Below, piece by piece: positions 19,848-29,807 of a DNA stretch of 64,000 nucleotides; positions within the stretch are counted from its first letter, which is position 1; every line of letters begins with the position of its first letter. The stretch is from Acholeplasmataceae bacterium (GTDB lineage Bacteria > Bacillota_I > Bacilli_A > Acholeplasmatales > Acholeplasmataceae): NCBI GenBank assembly GCA_963667565.1, contig OY763415.1, positions 832,001-896,000 of the forward strand, written 5' to 3'. The notes under the pieces were generated by a model. It saw only the letters and a program-made list of their open reading frames with translations, was not told the origin of the DNA and ran no database searches. Position numbers and translations under genes: made by a program.

Positions 19848-20189
19848 TTACTTTAATGATTTTAATATCTCATCGATATGATTCCCATAAGCTAATGCTT
19901 CATCAAATTTGAAGACTAGATCAGGGATTTTTCTAACATTTCTGATTTTTTTAGCAAGTTCCATACGGATTGTTGCTTTAGAATCATCTAATGCATCTTG
20001 AGCTTTTTTTAGCATATCTTTTTCATCTTTTAAAATTGTGTAATAAATCGTAGCAAACGATAAGTCTTTAGTCACTTTAACATCAGTTAAATTAATATAA
20101 CCAAAGCTTTTATCTTTAACTTCTTTATTCACAATACTTGCAAGTTCTCTTTGAATCAAACTTGCTAATCTTTCTGTAGTAACTGACAT
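19848..20189 (-). CDS. rbfA: Ribosome-binding factor A
   Basis: DVKVTKDLSFA and RKIPDLVF motifs; after infB. Confidence 0.95.
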   Translation of the reverse strand: MSVTTERLASLIQRELASIVNKEVKDKSFGYINLTDVKVTKDLSFATIYYTILKDEKDMLKKAQDALDDSKATIRMELAKKIRNVRKIPDLVFKFDEALAYGNHIDEILKSLK

Positions 20190-20192
20190 GAT

Positions 20193-22043
20193 TTACACCT
20201 CAATTTCTCTTAATTGTGAAGCTTCAATGACATCTCCAACTTTGATATCATTATAATTTTCAATCGAAAGACCACATTCATAGCCTTGACGAACTTCTTT
20301 AGTATCATCTTTAAATCTCTTAAGTGATGCAAGTTTACCTTCGTAAACAACAATACCTTCTCTTAAAATTCTTACAAGTGCATCACGTTTGATAGTACCA
20401 TCAGTAACATAACAACCTGCAATTGTACCAATCTTAGATATTTTAAAGATATCTCTAACTTCTGCTTGACCTGTTACAATTTCTTCAAATTCAGGTTCTA
20501 ACATACCTTTAAGAGCAGCTTCAATATCTTCTTGTACACGATAGATAATTGAATATAATCTAATTTCGACCCCTTCATTTTCAGCGACTTTTTTAACAGA
20601 CGCGGTTGGTCTTACATTAAATCCAATAATAATCGCATTTGATGCTGATGCAAGTGTGACATCACTTTCACTAATTGCCCCAACACTTGCTCTTACAGTA
20701 TTGACATGAAAACCATCAATATCTATTTTTTCTAATAATCCTTTTAATGCTTCAATAGAGCCTTGAACATCACCTTTGATAATAATGTTCAATTCTTTTT
20801 CTGATTCAGCCATTTCGCCAAATAATGAATCTAGCGAACGCTTTTTGCTAGAACCAAAGTCAAGTTCTTTTTGTCTGTCTTGACGATCGGACGCAATATT
20901 TTTAGTGACTCTTTCATCATCAAATGCCATGAAAACATCACCTGCTTGAGGAACTTCATTTAAACCAGTGACTTCGATTGGTTGTGATGGTTTAGCCTCT
21001 TTGAAACGACGATTCAAATCATCTTCCATAGTTCTAATTTTTCCATAAGTATTACCAATAACGATATAATCACCAACATGAAGTGTACCCGTCTCAACAA
21101 TAAGTGTTGCAACAGGTCCTTTTCCTTTATCAAGGCTTGCTTCTATGACAGTTCCTTTAGCTAAACGCTTTGGATTTGCTTTAAATTCGTTAATTTCACT
21201 GATTAATTGGATAATATCCAAAAGTTGATCTATACCCATGTTTTTAAGTGCAGATACATTGACGAATGGAATATCTCCACCCCATGCTTCTGGTACCAAA
21301 CCTTTTTCTGATAACTCAGTCATGACACGATCAGGATTTGCAGATGGTTTGTCTACTTTATTGACAGCAACAATGATAGGTACATCTGCCGCTTTCGCAT
21401 GATCAATTGCTTCAATAGTTTGTGGCATAACACCATCATCAGCAGCAACAACTAAAACAACAATATCTGTAACTTTAGCTCCACGAGCACGCATTTCAGT
21501 AAATGCAGCATGACCTGGAGTATCGATAAATGTAATAGGTTCGCCATTTTTAATGACTTGGTATGCACCAATATGTTGTGTAATACCACCTGCTTCACCA
21601 TCAACAACTCTTGTTTTCTTAATCGTATCTAGCAAAGTCGTTTTACCATGATCAACATGCCCCATGATTGTGACAATCGGAGGTCTTTTTACAAGATCTT
21701 TTGGATCGTCAACGATTTCCATTTCATCAAAACGAGTGACATCTGTAATCACCTCATCTTGCACTTCATATCCTTCTTCTAAAGCAATCAATTCAATGGT
21801 ATCTCTATCAATGACTTGATTAACACTCGCCATTAATCCTAATCCCATTAATTTTTTAATGATAATTGCATTTGATAAATGCAACCCATCAGCAACCTCA
21901 GAGACTAACATATCTGGTTTATATGTTAATATTTTTGGTCCTTCATCTTTCTTTGCTTTCACATTTGGATGATTGTGTGGATTTGGTTTGTTAAATGTTT
22001 GTTTTTTGTTTGGATTCATTTTTTTGTTATTTTTACTAGGCAT
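20193..22043 (-). CDS. infB: Translation initiation factor IF-2
   Basis: [22 protein letters not shown]. Confidence 0.98.
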   Translation of the reverse strand: MPSKNNKKMNPNKKQTFNKPNPHNHPNVKAKKDEGPKILTYKPDMLVSEVADGLHLSNAIIIKKLMGLGLMASVNQVIDRDTIELIALEEGYEVQDEVITDVTRFDEMEIVDDPKDLVKRPPIVTIMGHVDHGKTTLLDTIKKTRVVDGEAGGITQHIGAYQVIKNGEPITFIDTPGHAAFTEMRARGAKVTDIVVLVVAADDGVMPQTIEAIDHAKAADVPIIVAVNKVDKPSANPDRVMTELSEKGLVPEAWGGDIPFVNVSALKNMGIDQLLDIIQLISEINEFKANPKRLAKGTVIEASLDKGKGPVATLIVETGTLHVGDYIVIGNTYGKIRTMEDDLNRRFKEAKPSQPIEVTGLNEVPQAGDVFMAFDDERVTKNIASDRQDRQKELDFGSSKKRSLDSLFGEMAESEKELNIIIKGDVQGSIEALKGLLEKIDIDGFHVNTVRASVGAISESDVTLASASNAIIIGFNVRPTASVKKVAENEGVEIRLYSIIYRVQEDIEAALKGMLEPEFEEIVTGQAEVRDIFKISKIGTIAGCYVTDGTIKRDALVRILREGIVVYEGKLASLKRFKDDTKEVRQGYECGLSIENYNDIKVGDVIEASQLREIEV

Positions 22044-22061
22044 ATAAAATCACTTCCTTCG

Positions 22062-22343
22062 TTATTTAAGCAGTAATTGGCTAAATCCTTGATCTATAAC
22101 TCCAATCACTTTTATACCGAATTTTCCTAGAGCTTGAGAAAGTAAATCCGAAGATACTTCTTCTAAAACTGATACTTTGTATGTTTTAGCTTTATCATAT
22201 ATCTTTTTCTTTGTAGCATCCGATGCATCGTTTGCTAATATGATCATCACAAGTTTAGATCTTGATAAATGTGATAATGTGATATCAGTTCCAATAACGA
22301 TTTTTCTTGCTCGATATGCCAAACCTAAAGCATTAAGATTCAT
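22062..22343 (-). CDS. ylxQ: L7Ae/YlxQ-family RNA-binding protein
   Basis: LGLAYRARKIVIG and LANDAS motifs; conserved position in the nusA operon. Confidence 0.85.
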   Translation of the reverse strand: MNLNALGLAYRARKIVIGTDITLSHLSRSKLVMIILANDASDATKKKIYDKAKTYKVSVLEEVSSDLLSQALGKFGIKVIGVIDQGFSQLLLK

Positions 22344-22602
22344 GTGCTAATCCTAACAATGTATCATAAATTTCTTCGGGAACTTCTACTTCTAGTTTTC
22401 GGTCTATTATTTTATTTTTTTGTGCTTTCAAGATAACTTCTCTATCAAGCTTAACATAAGCGCCACGACCATTTGATTTGCCTGTTAAATCAACTGATAC
22501 AATACCATCTTTTGTCGCAACAATTCTAATTAATTCTTTTTTTGGTAATACTTCTTTTGTGACTACACAAGTTCTTAATGGAACTTTCTTTACTTTATTC
22601 AT
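22333..22602 (-). CDS. ylxR: YlxR (RnpM) RNA-binding protein
   Basis: PLRTCV and GRGAY motifs. Confidence 0.9.
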   Translation of the reverse strand: MNKVKKVPLRTCVVTKEVLPKKELIRIVATKDGIVSVDLTGKSNGRGAYVKLDREVILKAQKNKIIDRKLEVEVPEEIYDTLLGLAHES

Positions 22603-22620
22603 GTAAAATCACCTTTTTAC

Positions 22621-23691
22621 TTAATATAAAATACCTTCACCTTGTGCCATGGTTTCTGATTTAATATCAATACTCCATCCACAAGCTTGAACTGCAAGTT
22701 TAACATTTTGTCCTAATTTACCAATTGCAAGTGATAATTGATCATCAGGAACAATCGCAAGTGCATTCTTCTCTTTTGGATTTACATGAGTTACTGCTAA
22801 GACTTTTGCAGGCTGTAATGCGTTTGCAATAAGTTCTTTTTCGTTATCACTCCATCTAAATAAGTCGATTTTTTCATCGCTTAATGCTCTAACAATCTCT
22901 CTAATTCTAGTTCCACCTTCACCAACGCATGCACCAATTGGATCGACTTTAGGATCATTGGTTTTAACACCAATTTTAGCACGATCTCCAGGGTCTCTTG
23001 AGATCCCCATAATTTCAATGGTTCCATCTTTGATCTCAGGAATATAAGATTCTAATAATCTAATGATAAGACTTGGATGATTTCTGCTCACATAAACTTT
23101 TGGCCATTTAGTTTTCATTTCAACATCTGATACATAAACTCTTACGTGATCACCAACATGGAAGTTATCTTTTGGAAGTGCTTCTTTTTTAGGTAATAAC
23201 GTCGTCAAATCTTTACCAATATCCAAACGATAGTGTTGATCATCAATATCAATAACTCTTGCATTAATCATTTCATGTTCAAATGACTTGAAGTGTTGAT
23301 ATAAATTTTCTTTTTGCATTGAGACAAGTGCTTCATTTAATCTACTTTTAAAATCTCTAACTGCATAAAACGAAAAATCTTTTGGATCAATTTTTTGTTC
23401 GATAATATCGCCAATTTTAGCTCTTGCATTGATTTCTTTTGCTTCATCTAATAATATTTGAGTAAAGTTCTTATCTGCCTCTAAACTGAATTCTTCGACA
23501 ACTAATTGTTGCTTATAGACAAGAATTTCGTTTTTATCCTCTTTGTATTCTACTCTACAAGAGCGGACATCGTGGGCTTTTTTACATCCCGCAATTAAAC
23601 CTTGCTCAAATGCGTTAAGTACTTGCTCATGTGTTAATTCTTTTTCTTCTGCTACTGCATCTACATTTTTATAAAACTCTTTACTAATCAT
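22621..23691 (-). CDS. nusA: Transcription factor NusA
   Basis: S1+KH domains; DPIGACVG, LSLAIGKLGQNVKLA. Confidence 0.97.
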   Translation of the reverse strand: MISKEFYKNVDAVAEEKELTHEQVLNAFEQGLIAGCKKAHDVRSCRVEYKEDKNEILVYKQQLVVEEFSLEADKNFTQILLDEAKEINARAKIGDIIEQKIDPKDFSFYAVRDFKSRLNEALVSMQKENLYQHFKSFEHEMINARVIDIDDQHYRLDIGKDLTTLLPKKEALPKDNFHVGDHVRVYVSDVEMKTKWPKVYVSRNHPSLIIRLLESYIPEIKDGTIEIMGISRDPGDRAKIGVKTNDPKVDPIGACVGEGGTRIREIVRALSDEKIDLFRWSDNEKELIANALQPAKVLAVTHVNPKEKNALAIVPDDQLSLAIGKLGQNVKLAVQACGWSIDIKSETMAQGEGILY

Positions 23692-23700
23692 GATATCCTC

Positions 23701-24147
23701 CTAAACCTTAACTGCGGTACGCATTTTTCTAGTTTCACTAAATTTTAATTCTATTTTTCTTATTCTGCCTTTTTGATTTACTTCAACTAAAAGTAAATCA
23801 TTATCATCAGCAACTTCTAATAAAGTTGCATTGGTCTTCATTTTGTTTGTTTCAAAATATATATAACTTCCTATATATCTTTTTACTTGTTCAATCGTTT
23901 CAAGTGGTCTTTCAGCACCCAGTGATGAGATTTCTAAAAAATACTCATCATCTAAATCTTCATCATTCAAACTTTCGATATATGCCATGTGAATTTTTTC
24001 TAAGTCATTAATATCGATCGTGTCTGTATCTAAAAGTATTTCAACGATTTTTTCACCATATTCTTTCTTAAGTTTAATACTGTAAACTGCAATATTAAAT
24101 GGTTCTAAGAATGGTATTAATTTTTGTTTTAAATTATCTAAATTCAT
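23701..24147 (-). CDS. rimP: Ribosome maturation factor RimP
   Basis: YFLEISSLGAERPL; start at ATG 24147 with GAGGT SD. Confidence 0.9.
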   Translation of the reverse strand: MNLDNLKQKLIPFLEPFNIAVYSIKLKKEYGEKIVEILLDTDTIDINDLEKIHMAYIESLNDEDLDDEYFLEISSLGAERPLETIEQVKRYIGSYIYFETNKMKTNATLLEVADDNDLLLVEVNQKGRIRKIELKFSETRKMRTAVKV

Positions 24148-24159
24148 ATTTACCTCATT

Positions 24160-24190
24160 AAAATGAGTGGAAATCATCATCTCCACTCAC
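24160..24190 (-). terminator. rimP-nusA leader attenuator hairpin
   Basis: TGAGTGGA/TCCACTCA stem with a short T tract between the promoter and the rimP RBS. Confidence 0.65.
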
Positions 24191-24202
24191 GTTTACCTAA
24201 TA

Positions 24203-24231
24203 ATTATAGCATCTTTTTATAGTAATTACAA
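24203..24231 (-). promoter_or_regulatory. sigmaA promoter of the rimP-nusA-infB operon
   Basis: TTGTAA-17 nt-TATAAT with extended TG. Confidence 0.7.
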
Positions 24232-24270
24232 TTTTTTAAGCACTCTTTTTGAATACTTTTTATGTTTTAG

Positions 24271-24329
24271 TTGCAAATGGTTTGCAAATTGAATAATCTG
24301 TGATACAATGATAATGCAAATCATTCGCA
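24271..24329 (+). promoter_or_regulatory. Two Fur-family-type 7-1-7 operators (likely Zur boxes) over the znuA promoter
   Basis: TGCAAATGGTTTGCA (24272-24286) and TGCAAATCATTCGCA (24315-24329) bracket TTGCAA-16 nt-TACAAT. Confidence 0.6.
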
Positions 24330-24343
24330 ATAAGGAGAGGGAA

Positions 24344-25228
24344 ATGAAAAAATTATTACTATCTATTTTAGCTTTAGGTTTTCTATTCACATTAATAGGC
24401 TGTAGTGAAGAAGAAAATTATGACATTGTAACAACAATGTACACACATTACTCATTTGCTAAGCAAATCGCAGGTGATGAAATGACAGTGAAGATGCTTG
24501 TACCAGTTGGAGAAGAAATTCATGGATTCGAAGCATCTAGTCAAGATATGGTGCTCATTAAAAATGCCAAGCTATTTATTTATACAAGTGATTTAATTGA
24601 CACTTGGATTACAGATTCAAGCACGATTGGTGGAGATCAAACCATTGTACTCAATATGTCTGACTCTATTGAAACATTGACTGATGCACATTATTGGGTT
24701 GACCCATCAAATGCGATTGATATGATTAATGATATCAAAGATGCTATCATTGATATAGATCCTACACATAGTGCAACATATCAAGCAAATGCTGATCAAG
24801 TGATTAGTGATATAACAGCAAAAAGCAATGAAATGAAATCATATTTTTCAAATATCACATCACTTCCAACCATTTATGTAGCAGGACATAATGCATTCTC
24901 ATTATTTGGCAATTATTTTGACTTAACCATCGTTTCCATTTTTAATGAATTTGAACCTGATTCTGATTTAACAAGTAGTGAATTAATTACTTTCGTACAA
25001 AACGTATTAGATGCACAAACACACTATATTTTCATGGAAGCATTGGAACCACCATTTTCAGCAAATGCTATCCAAAGTGAATTACAAACAAGTCATCAAT
25101 ATGAACTTACTATCTTAAAATTATATGCATATCAAAATGTAACTCAAGATCAATTTGATCAAGGGTTGACATATGTTGATTTCATGGAAATAAACTTTCA
25201 AAATATAAAAACATCATTAGGAGCATAA
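24344..25228 (+). CDS. znuA: Zn/Mn ABC transporter substrate-binding lipoprotein
   Basis: Lipobox LIGC; EIHGFE, DAHYW and GHNAF ligand motifs; AAGGAG SD. Confidence 0.85.
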   Translation: MKKLLLSILALGFLFTLIGCSEEENYDIVTTMYTHYSFAKQIAGDEMTVKMLVPVGEEIHGFEASSQDMVLIKNAKLFIYTSDLIDTWITDSSTIGGDQTIVLNMSDSIETLTDAHYWVDPSNAIDMINDIKDAIIDIDPTHSATYQANADQVISDITAKSNEMKSYFSNITSLPTIYVAGHNAFSLFGNYFDLTIVSIFNEFEPDSDLTSSELITFVQNVLDAQTHYIFMEALEPPFSANAIQSELQTSHQYELTILKLYAYQNVTQDQFDQGLTYVDFMEINFQNIKTSLGA

Positions 25229-25230
25229 TC

Positions 25231-25902
25231 ATGATTGAATACAGTCATATCAATGTCAATTTTGGTAGCTATGAGGCACTAAAAGACATCAGTTTCAAAG
25301 TTAATAAAGGTGATTTTTTGCATATTGTTGGGCCTAATGGCAGTGGAAAATCAACACTCATAAAGACATTAGTTGGTTTATTAAAACCTTCATCCGGTGA
25401 GATTAAAATCAATATGGAAACTATGGGTTACCTACCTCAAAAACTAGATACTAAAAAAGAGATACCTATGACTGTTAAAGAAGTCATCTATAGTGGGTTT
25501 AAACGCCAATCACTAAAGATGAAATCTGAAGATGATAAACTCATTATGTCTTGGTTAGAGCGTATGGAGATTCCTGAATTATTTGATAAATCCATGATTT
25601 ATTTGTCAGGTGGTCAGCAACAAAGAGTTTATTTAATCAGAGCGCTAATCTCAAATCCTGAGTTGCTCATTTTAGATGAACCTACTTCTGCTCTTGATCC
25701 TTCATTTAGAGAAAAATTTCACCATTTATTAAAGGAGTTAAATGAAAAGAAACACATGACTATTGTCCATGTGACTCATGATTTAACCGATGCAGTTAAA
25801 GATAACTGTCATATTATGTATATAGACCAAAGTGTTAAATTCTTTGGATGCTATAGAGATTTTCATCAATTTGAACATAAGGAGCATCATCATGATCTTT
25901 GA
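25231..25902 (+). CDS. znuC: Metal ABC transporter ATPase
   Basis: GPNGSGKS, LSGGQQQR, LDEPT; His-rich tail. Confidence 0.85.
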   Translation: MIEYSHINVNFGSYEALKDISFKVNKGDFLHIVGPNGSGKSTLIKTLVGLLKPSSGEIKINMETMGYLPQKLDTKKEIPMTVKEVIYSGFKRQSLKMKSEDDKLIMSWLERMEIPELFDKSMIYLSGGQQQRVYLIRALISNPELLILDEPTSALDPSFREKFHHLLKELNEKKHMTIVHVTHDLTDAVKDNCHIMYIDQSVKFFGCYRDFHQFEHKEHHHDL

Positions 25903-26704
25903 GTTATTACAATATGATTTTTTTATAAGAGCTATTTTAATCGGTGTTGCCTTAGCCATATCTGCAGCTTTATTAAGTCCATTTTTAGTTTTAAACCACC
26001 AAGCGATGATTGCAGATGGACTTTCTCATGTTAGTTTTGCAGGTTTAGCATTAGGTATGCTTTTCTTAAATGAACCTTTATATATATCTATACCGTTTGT
26101 CATGATTGCATCACTAATCATTAAATATTTATCTGAAAAGATGAATGGTGATGCCGCGATAGGTCTGGTGAGTGCATTTGCATTTGCGGTAGGTTTGATT
26201 ATTATCAAAAAGGGTACTGGATTTAACTATTCTATTGAATCTTTAATCTCTGGTAATATTTTCACTTCATCACCTACATTAGTTATCTTAGGCTTACTAA
26301 CAACTTTATTTATATTTATATTTGTTCTCATATTCTATCGAAAATTATTTTTGATGACATATGATTATAATTATGCAAAGTTTTCTAGAATCAAAGTGAG
26401 ATTATTAGGTTATATGCTATCTGCACTTACTGCATTCTTTATTGCTGTAGGTGTAAGAACAATTGGTGTTCTACTCATCTCAGCCTTTGTCATTTTTCCA
26501 TCAGTGATTTCATCTCAACTTACCAAGAGTTTCATGATGACATTAATTACTGGAACAATCGCTTCTATAGTTGTAACTATCTTGGGAATCTTTATTGCAC
26601 ATCCTTATGGTATACCTGCAGGTTCGACAATTGTTGTTGTTTATAGTATACTACTTGTATTAGTACTTCTACTAAAACCTTTGATTAGAGGTAAAAACAC
26701 ATGA
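25892..26704 (+). CDS. znuB: Metal ABC transporter permease
   Basis: ADGLSHVSFAG and GVLLISA motifs; start at ATG 25892 after AAGGAG. Confidence 0.85.
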   Translation: MIFELLQYDFFIRAILIGVALAISAALLSPFLVLNHQAMIADGLSHVSFAGLALGMLFLNEPLYISIPFVMIASLIIKYLSEKMNGDAAIGLVSAFAFAVGLIIIKKGTGFNYSIESLISGNIFTSSPTLVILGLLTTLFIFIFVLIFYRKLFLMTYDYNYAKFSRIKVRLLGYMLSALTAFFIAVGVRTIGVLLISAFVIFPSVISSQLTKSFMMTLITGTIASIVVTILGIFIAHPYGIPAGSTIVVVYSILLVLVLLLKPLIRGKNT

Positions 26705-27078
26705 GAATGACAAAACAAAGAAAACAAATATTAGATGTATTTGAAAAAAACAATAGACCCATGAGTGCAGAAATGATTATGGTTGAACTTCCAGATGATG
26801 CACTTAACTTATCAACCATATATAGAACTTTAGAAACGTTCTTCCATGATGGAATCATATCAAAAAGCGCTATCGATCATACAAACTTTTACTATCTAAA
26901 CGATAAACAACATCATCATTTTATGATTTGTTTAAATTGTCACAAAATGATAGAAATTGATTGCCATCTTCATCATTTTGAAGAAGAGGTTGCAGCATCT
27001 CATCATTTTAAAATTACACATCACGACATGACATTATACGGTTATTGTGAAAGTTGTCAAAAGAAAATGCAAGCATAA
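26701..27078 (+). CDS. zur: Fur-family repressor, probably Zur
   Basis: STIYRTL, HHHFMICLNC, GYCESC; last gene of the metal uptake operon. Confidence 0.75.
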   Translation: MRMTKQRKQILDVFEKNNRPMSAEMIMVELPDDALNLSTIYRTLETFFHDGIISKSAIDHTNFYYLNDKQHHHFMICLNCHKMIEIDCHLHHFEEEVAASHHFKITHHDMTLYGYCESCQKKMQA

Positions 27079-27079
27079 T

Positions 27080-27105
27080 AAAAACGCCTTATTAGGCGTT
27101 TTTTT
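27080..27105. terminator. Bidirectional terminator between zur and the aldo/keto reductase gene
   Basis: AAAAACGCCT/AGGCGTTTTT between convergent genes. Confidence 0.8.
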
Positions 27106-27107
27106 GT

Positions 27108-27929
27108 TTATTTATTAAAACTATCAAGAATAACCATATCATCTTTTGATATTTCAAAGTCCATATGCGCATTTTCAATAATTCTTGAATCATGTGTTGA
27201 TTTTGGTAATGGTAATGTGTTCTTTTCTAAACAGTAACGAATACAGATTTGTGCTGCTGACACATTATATTTACTTGCCATTTCATTAATGATTGGATCA
27301 TTTAAAATTCTACCTGTTGCAAGTGGTGAATATGCTTCAACTAAAATACCTTTTTCATCACAAAACGCTTGTGTTTCACTTTGATTTCTACCAATATGAT
27401 ATGCGATTTGATTTACATGAGGAACAATTTCAGTATGATTCATCACATTTTCTAAATCATGAACATTGAAATTTGATACACCTATAGATTTCGCTCTTCC
27501 AGATTTATAAATTACTTCAAGTGCTTTCCAAGCTTCAATATTTCCTAAATCACAGTCTTGACCAATGTTACTCCATGGCCATGGGGCATGAATTAAATAT
27601 AAATCAACATAATCTAAACCTAAGTTTTTAATAGTTAACTCAAATGCGTCTAATGCTTCTTGATATGACTTAATGTGAGATTCAAGCTTTGTAGTAACAA
27701 AGATTTCATCTCTTGGAATACCACTATCTTTAATCGCTTTTCCTACACTTTCTTCATTTCTATATGCCGCAGCAGTATCAATATGACGATAACCATGCTT
27801 TAAAGCAAACATTACTGAATCATAAGCAACATCACCATTAGGAATTTGCCATGTTCCAAATCCAATTTTAGGAATCTTAACACCGTTTGATAATATAAAA
27901 TTCTCATTTAATACAGACATATCTTTCAC
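27108..27929 (-). CDS. Aldo/keto reductase
   Basis: GYRHIDTAAAY, DLYLIHAP, IGVSNF, PLPKS. Confidence 0.95.
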   Translation of the reverse strand: MKDMSVLNENFILSNGVKIPKIGFGTWQIPNGDVAYDSVMFALKHGYRHIDTAAAYRNEESVGKAIKDSGIPRDEIFVTTKLESHIKSYQEALDAFELTIKNLGLDYVDLYLIHAPWPWSNIGQDCDLGNIEAWKALEVIYKSGRAKSIGVSNFNVHDLENVMNHTEIVPHVNQIAYHIGRNQSETQAFCDEKGILVEAYSPLATGRILNDPIINEMASKYNVSAAQICIRYCLEKNTLPLPKSTHDSRIIENAHMDFEISKDDMVILDSFNK

Positions 27930-27978
27930 CTCTATTTATTTATCTATATCTTTATTATAGCATAATAAAAAAGTCATC

Positions 27979-28377
27979 TTAAGATTGATGACTTCTTTTT
28001 AAGATGATGATGTGTAGTATAAGCGTAAAGAGTCCTATAAAGATCATCAATCCTGTAAAAAATAAATTCCAAAACAATGTATATAAACTTGCATTTCCTA
28101 AAATGATTAACTGTGCAACAAAAATTCCGAAATAGCCATATACTGAAAATCTAATGGTTTTATATTCCTTTTCAGTGATACTAATCACATCTTGATTGTT
28201 TTGTCTATAGATGATGACAACAAGTGCAATCAGTAATATGAAGATACCTAAATAGACTAAATTAATCACATCTGCTACTTGTGGTATAAAATATAAAAGA
28301 CTAACTTTAAACCCTAAAATAATCATTGCGATACTAATGATTAAATCAACTAATAAATTTTTACGATAAATGCCCAT
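27979..28377 (-). CDS. Hypothetical 4-TM membrane protein
   Basis: Likely start MGIYRK at 28377 with GGAG SD (the longer ORF overlaps coaD); four hydrophobic segments. Confidence 0.6.
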   Translation of the reverse strand: MGIYRKNLLVDLIISIAMIILGFKVSLLYFIPQVADVINLVYLGIFILLIALVVIIYRQNNQDVISITEKEYKTIRFSVYGYFGIFVAQLIILGNASLYTLFWNLFFTGLMIFIGLFTLILHIIILKRSHQS

Positions 28378-28444
28378 TTTAAAGACTCCTTTATTTATTT
28401 TTTTATAATTTTTGATATACTTATAAGTGAAACGAGGTATAACT

Positions 28445-28933
28445 ATGGAAAAAGCTGTATATCCTGGAACTTTTGATCCATTAACCATTGGTCACTTAGA
28501 TATTATTAAACGTGCTGCAAGATTTGTTGATGAACTTCATATAGTTGTTGCTGACAACTATAAGAAAACACCTACATTTACTTCTGATGAACGTATTGAA
28601 ATGATTAAGAAAGTAACTCTTGATATAGACAATGTTGTCATAACATCAACTTCTGATTTAATCATTAGATATTGTCAACAAAATGATATAAAGCTTATGA
28701 TTAGAGGACTTAGAAATATCCAAGACTACGAAAATGAATATGCGTTATATCAATTTAACAGAAATCTTGATCGACAAATTGAAACACTTATCTTATTCCC
28801 ATCATCAAGAAATCACTTTGTATCTTCTTCTGCAATTAAAGAACTTATTGTCCATCATGCAGATATTTCACCTTATGTGCCTAAAGAAATCATCAAAGAA
28901 GTTCAATCAAGAATTAGATCACTCATCAAATAA
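28445..28933 (+). CDS. coaD: Phosphopantetheine adenylyltransferase
   Basis: YPGTFDPLTIGH, IRGLR, VSSS. Confidence 0.95.
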   Translation: MEKAVYPGTFDPLTIGHLDIIKRAARFVDELHIVVADNYKKTPTFTSDERIEMIKKVTLDIDNVVITSTSDLIIRYCQQNDIKLMIRGLRNIQDYENEYALYQFNRNLDRQIETLILFPSSRNHFVSSSAIKELIVHHADISPYVPKEIIKEVQSRIRSLIK

Positions 28934-29701
28934 ATTTAAACTTTTAAAAAAGTCATATAACTGATCATCTTTAATATGAGGTGCAACGTATGTGGCTTTT
29001 TCTTTTAATTCATCGAATCGTGAATTACCCATGGCAATTCCAATATCAGCAAGTTCTAACATTTGAATATCATTTGCTCCATCACCCACACAAATCAATC
29101 GATCATAGGTTACGTTTTTTAAAGCTTGTTTAATACCAAAAGCTTTATTGATGTGGTTATACGTGAAATCAGCACCACCCTTATGCCATGGATAAACTCT
29201 AAATTTTGTTATTTCTTTTGATATTTCTAATATTTGTGTTTCAAAATCAGCAAAAATCCATAACTGATAGACAGATGTATGCTTATAGAAATCAGCATCA
29301 ACCTTAGGAAATATTCCTCTTAATGCTCTCATACCATAACCAACTCTGTCATCCCAGTAATTCACCGCTTCATCGTTGATTCCAACCATGCCAATATTAA
29401 AATCCTTACCCTCAGTAAGCTTTAATATATCTTCAATGTCACTATTTGCAATTGGTTCATCATATACCATTTGATCATCTATGAAAACTGCCGAACCATT
29501 GACTAATATTTTATACTTAAAAAGATGAACAACTTCATCAATAACTTCTATTTTTTTAAGCCCTCTACCTGTAGCTAGGCCTAGCTCAACATCATCTCTA
29601 GATGCGAGTTCTTCTAATAATTTTTTTGTTTGATTAGGTATTTTACCTAATACATTGTAAAAAATAGTGTTGTCTACGTCAAAAATAATGATAGTTTTCA
29701 T
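28919..29701 (-). CDS. Cof-type HAD hydrolase
   Basis: FDVDNT, ATGR, GDGANDIQML. Confidence 0.9.
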   Translation of the reverse strand: MKTIIIFDVDNTIFYNVLGKIPNQTKKLLEELASRDDVELGLATGRGLKKIEVIDEVVHLFKYKILVNGSAVFIDDQMVYDEPIANSDIEDILKLTEGKDFNIGMVGINDEAVNYWDDRVGYGMRALRGIFPKVDADFYKHTSVYQLWIFADFETQILEISKEITKFRVYPWHKGGADFTYNHINKAFGIKQALKNVTYDRLICVGDGANDIQMLELADIGIAMGNSRFDELKEKATYVAPHIKDDQLYDFFKSLNLFDE

Positions 29702-29807
29702 AAATTACCTCTAAATAATTATAACATATCACGCAAGATACTATCATTTTTAATGATTATGTTATACAATAGATATGAACTTTTTCGTTTTCGGAGGATT
29801 TGAATAT

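Noticed and set aside
24238..24265. CIRCE-like half-site AAGCACTC
   Set aside because: No matching GAGTGCTAA arm at 9-nt spacing
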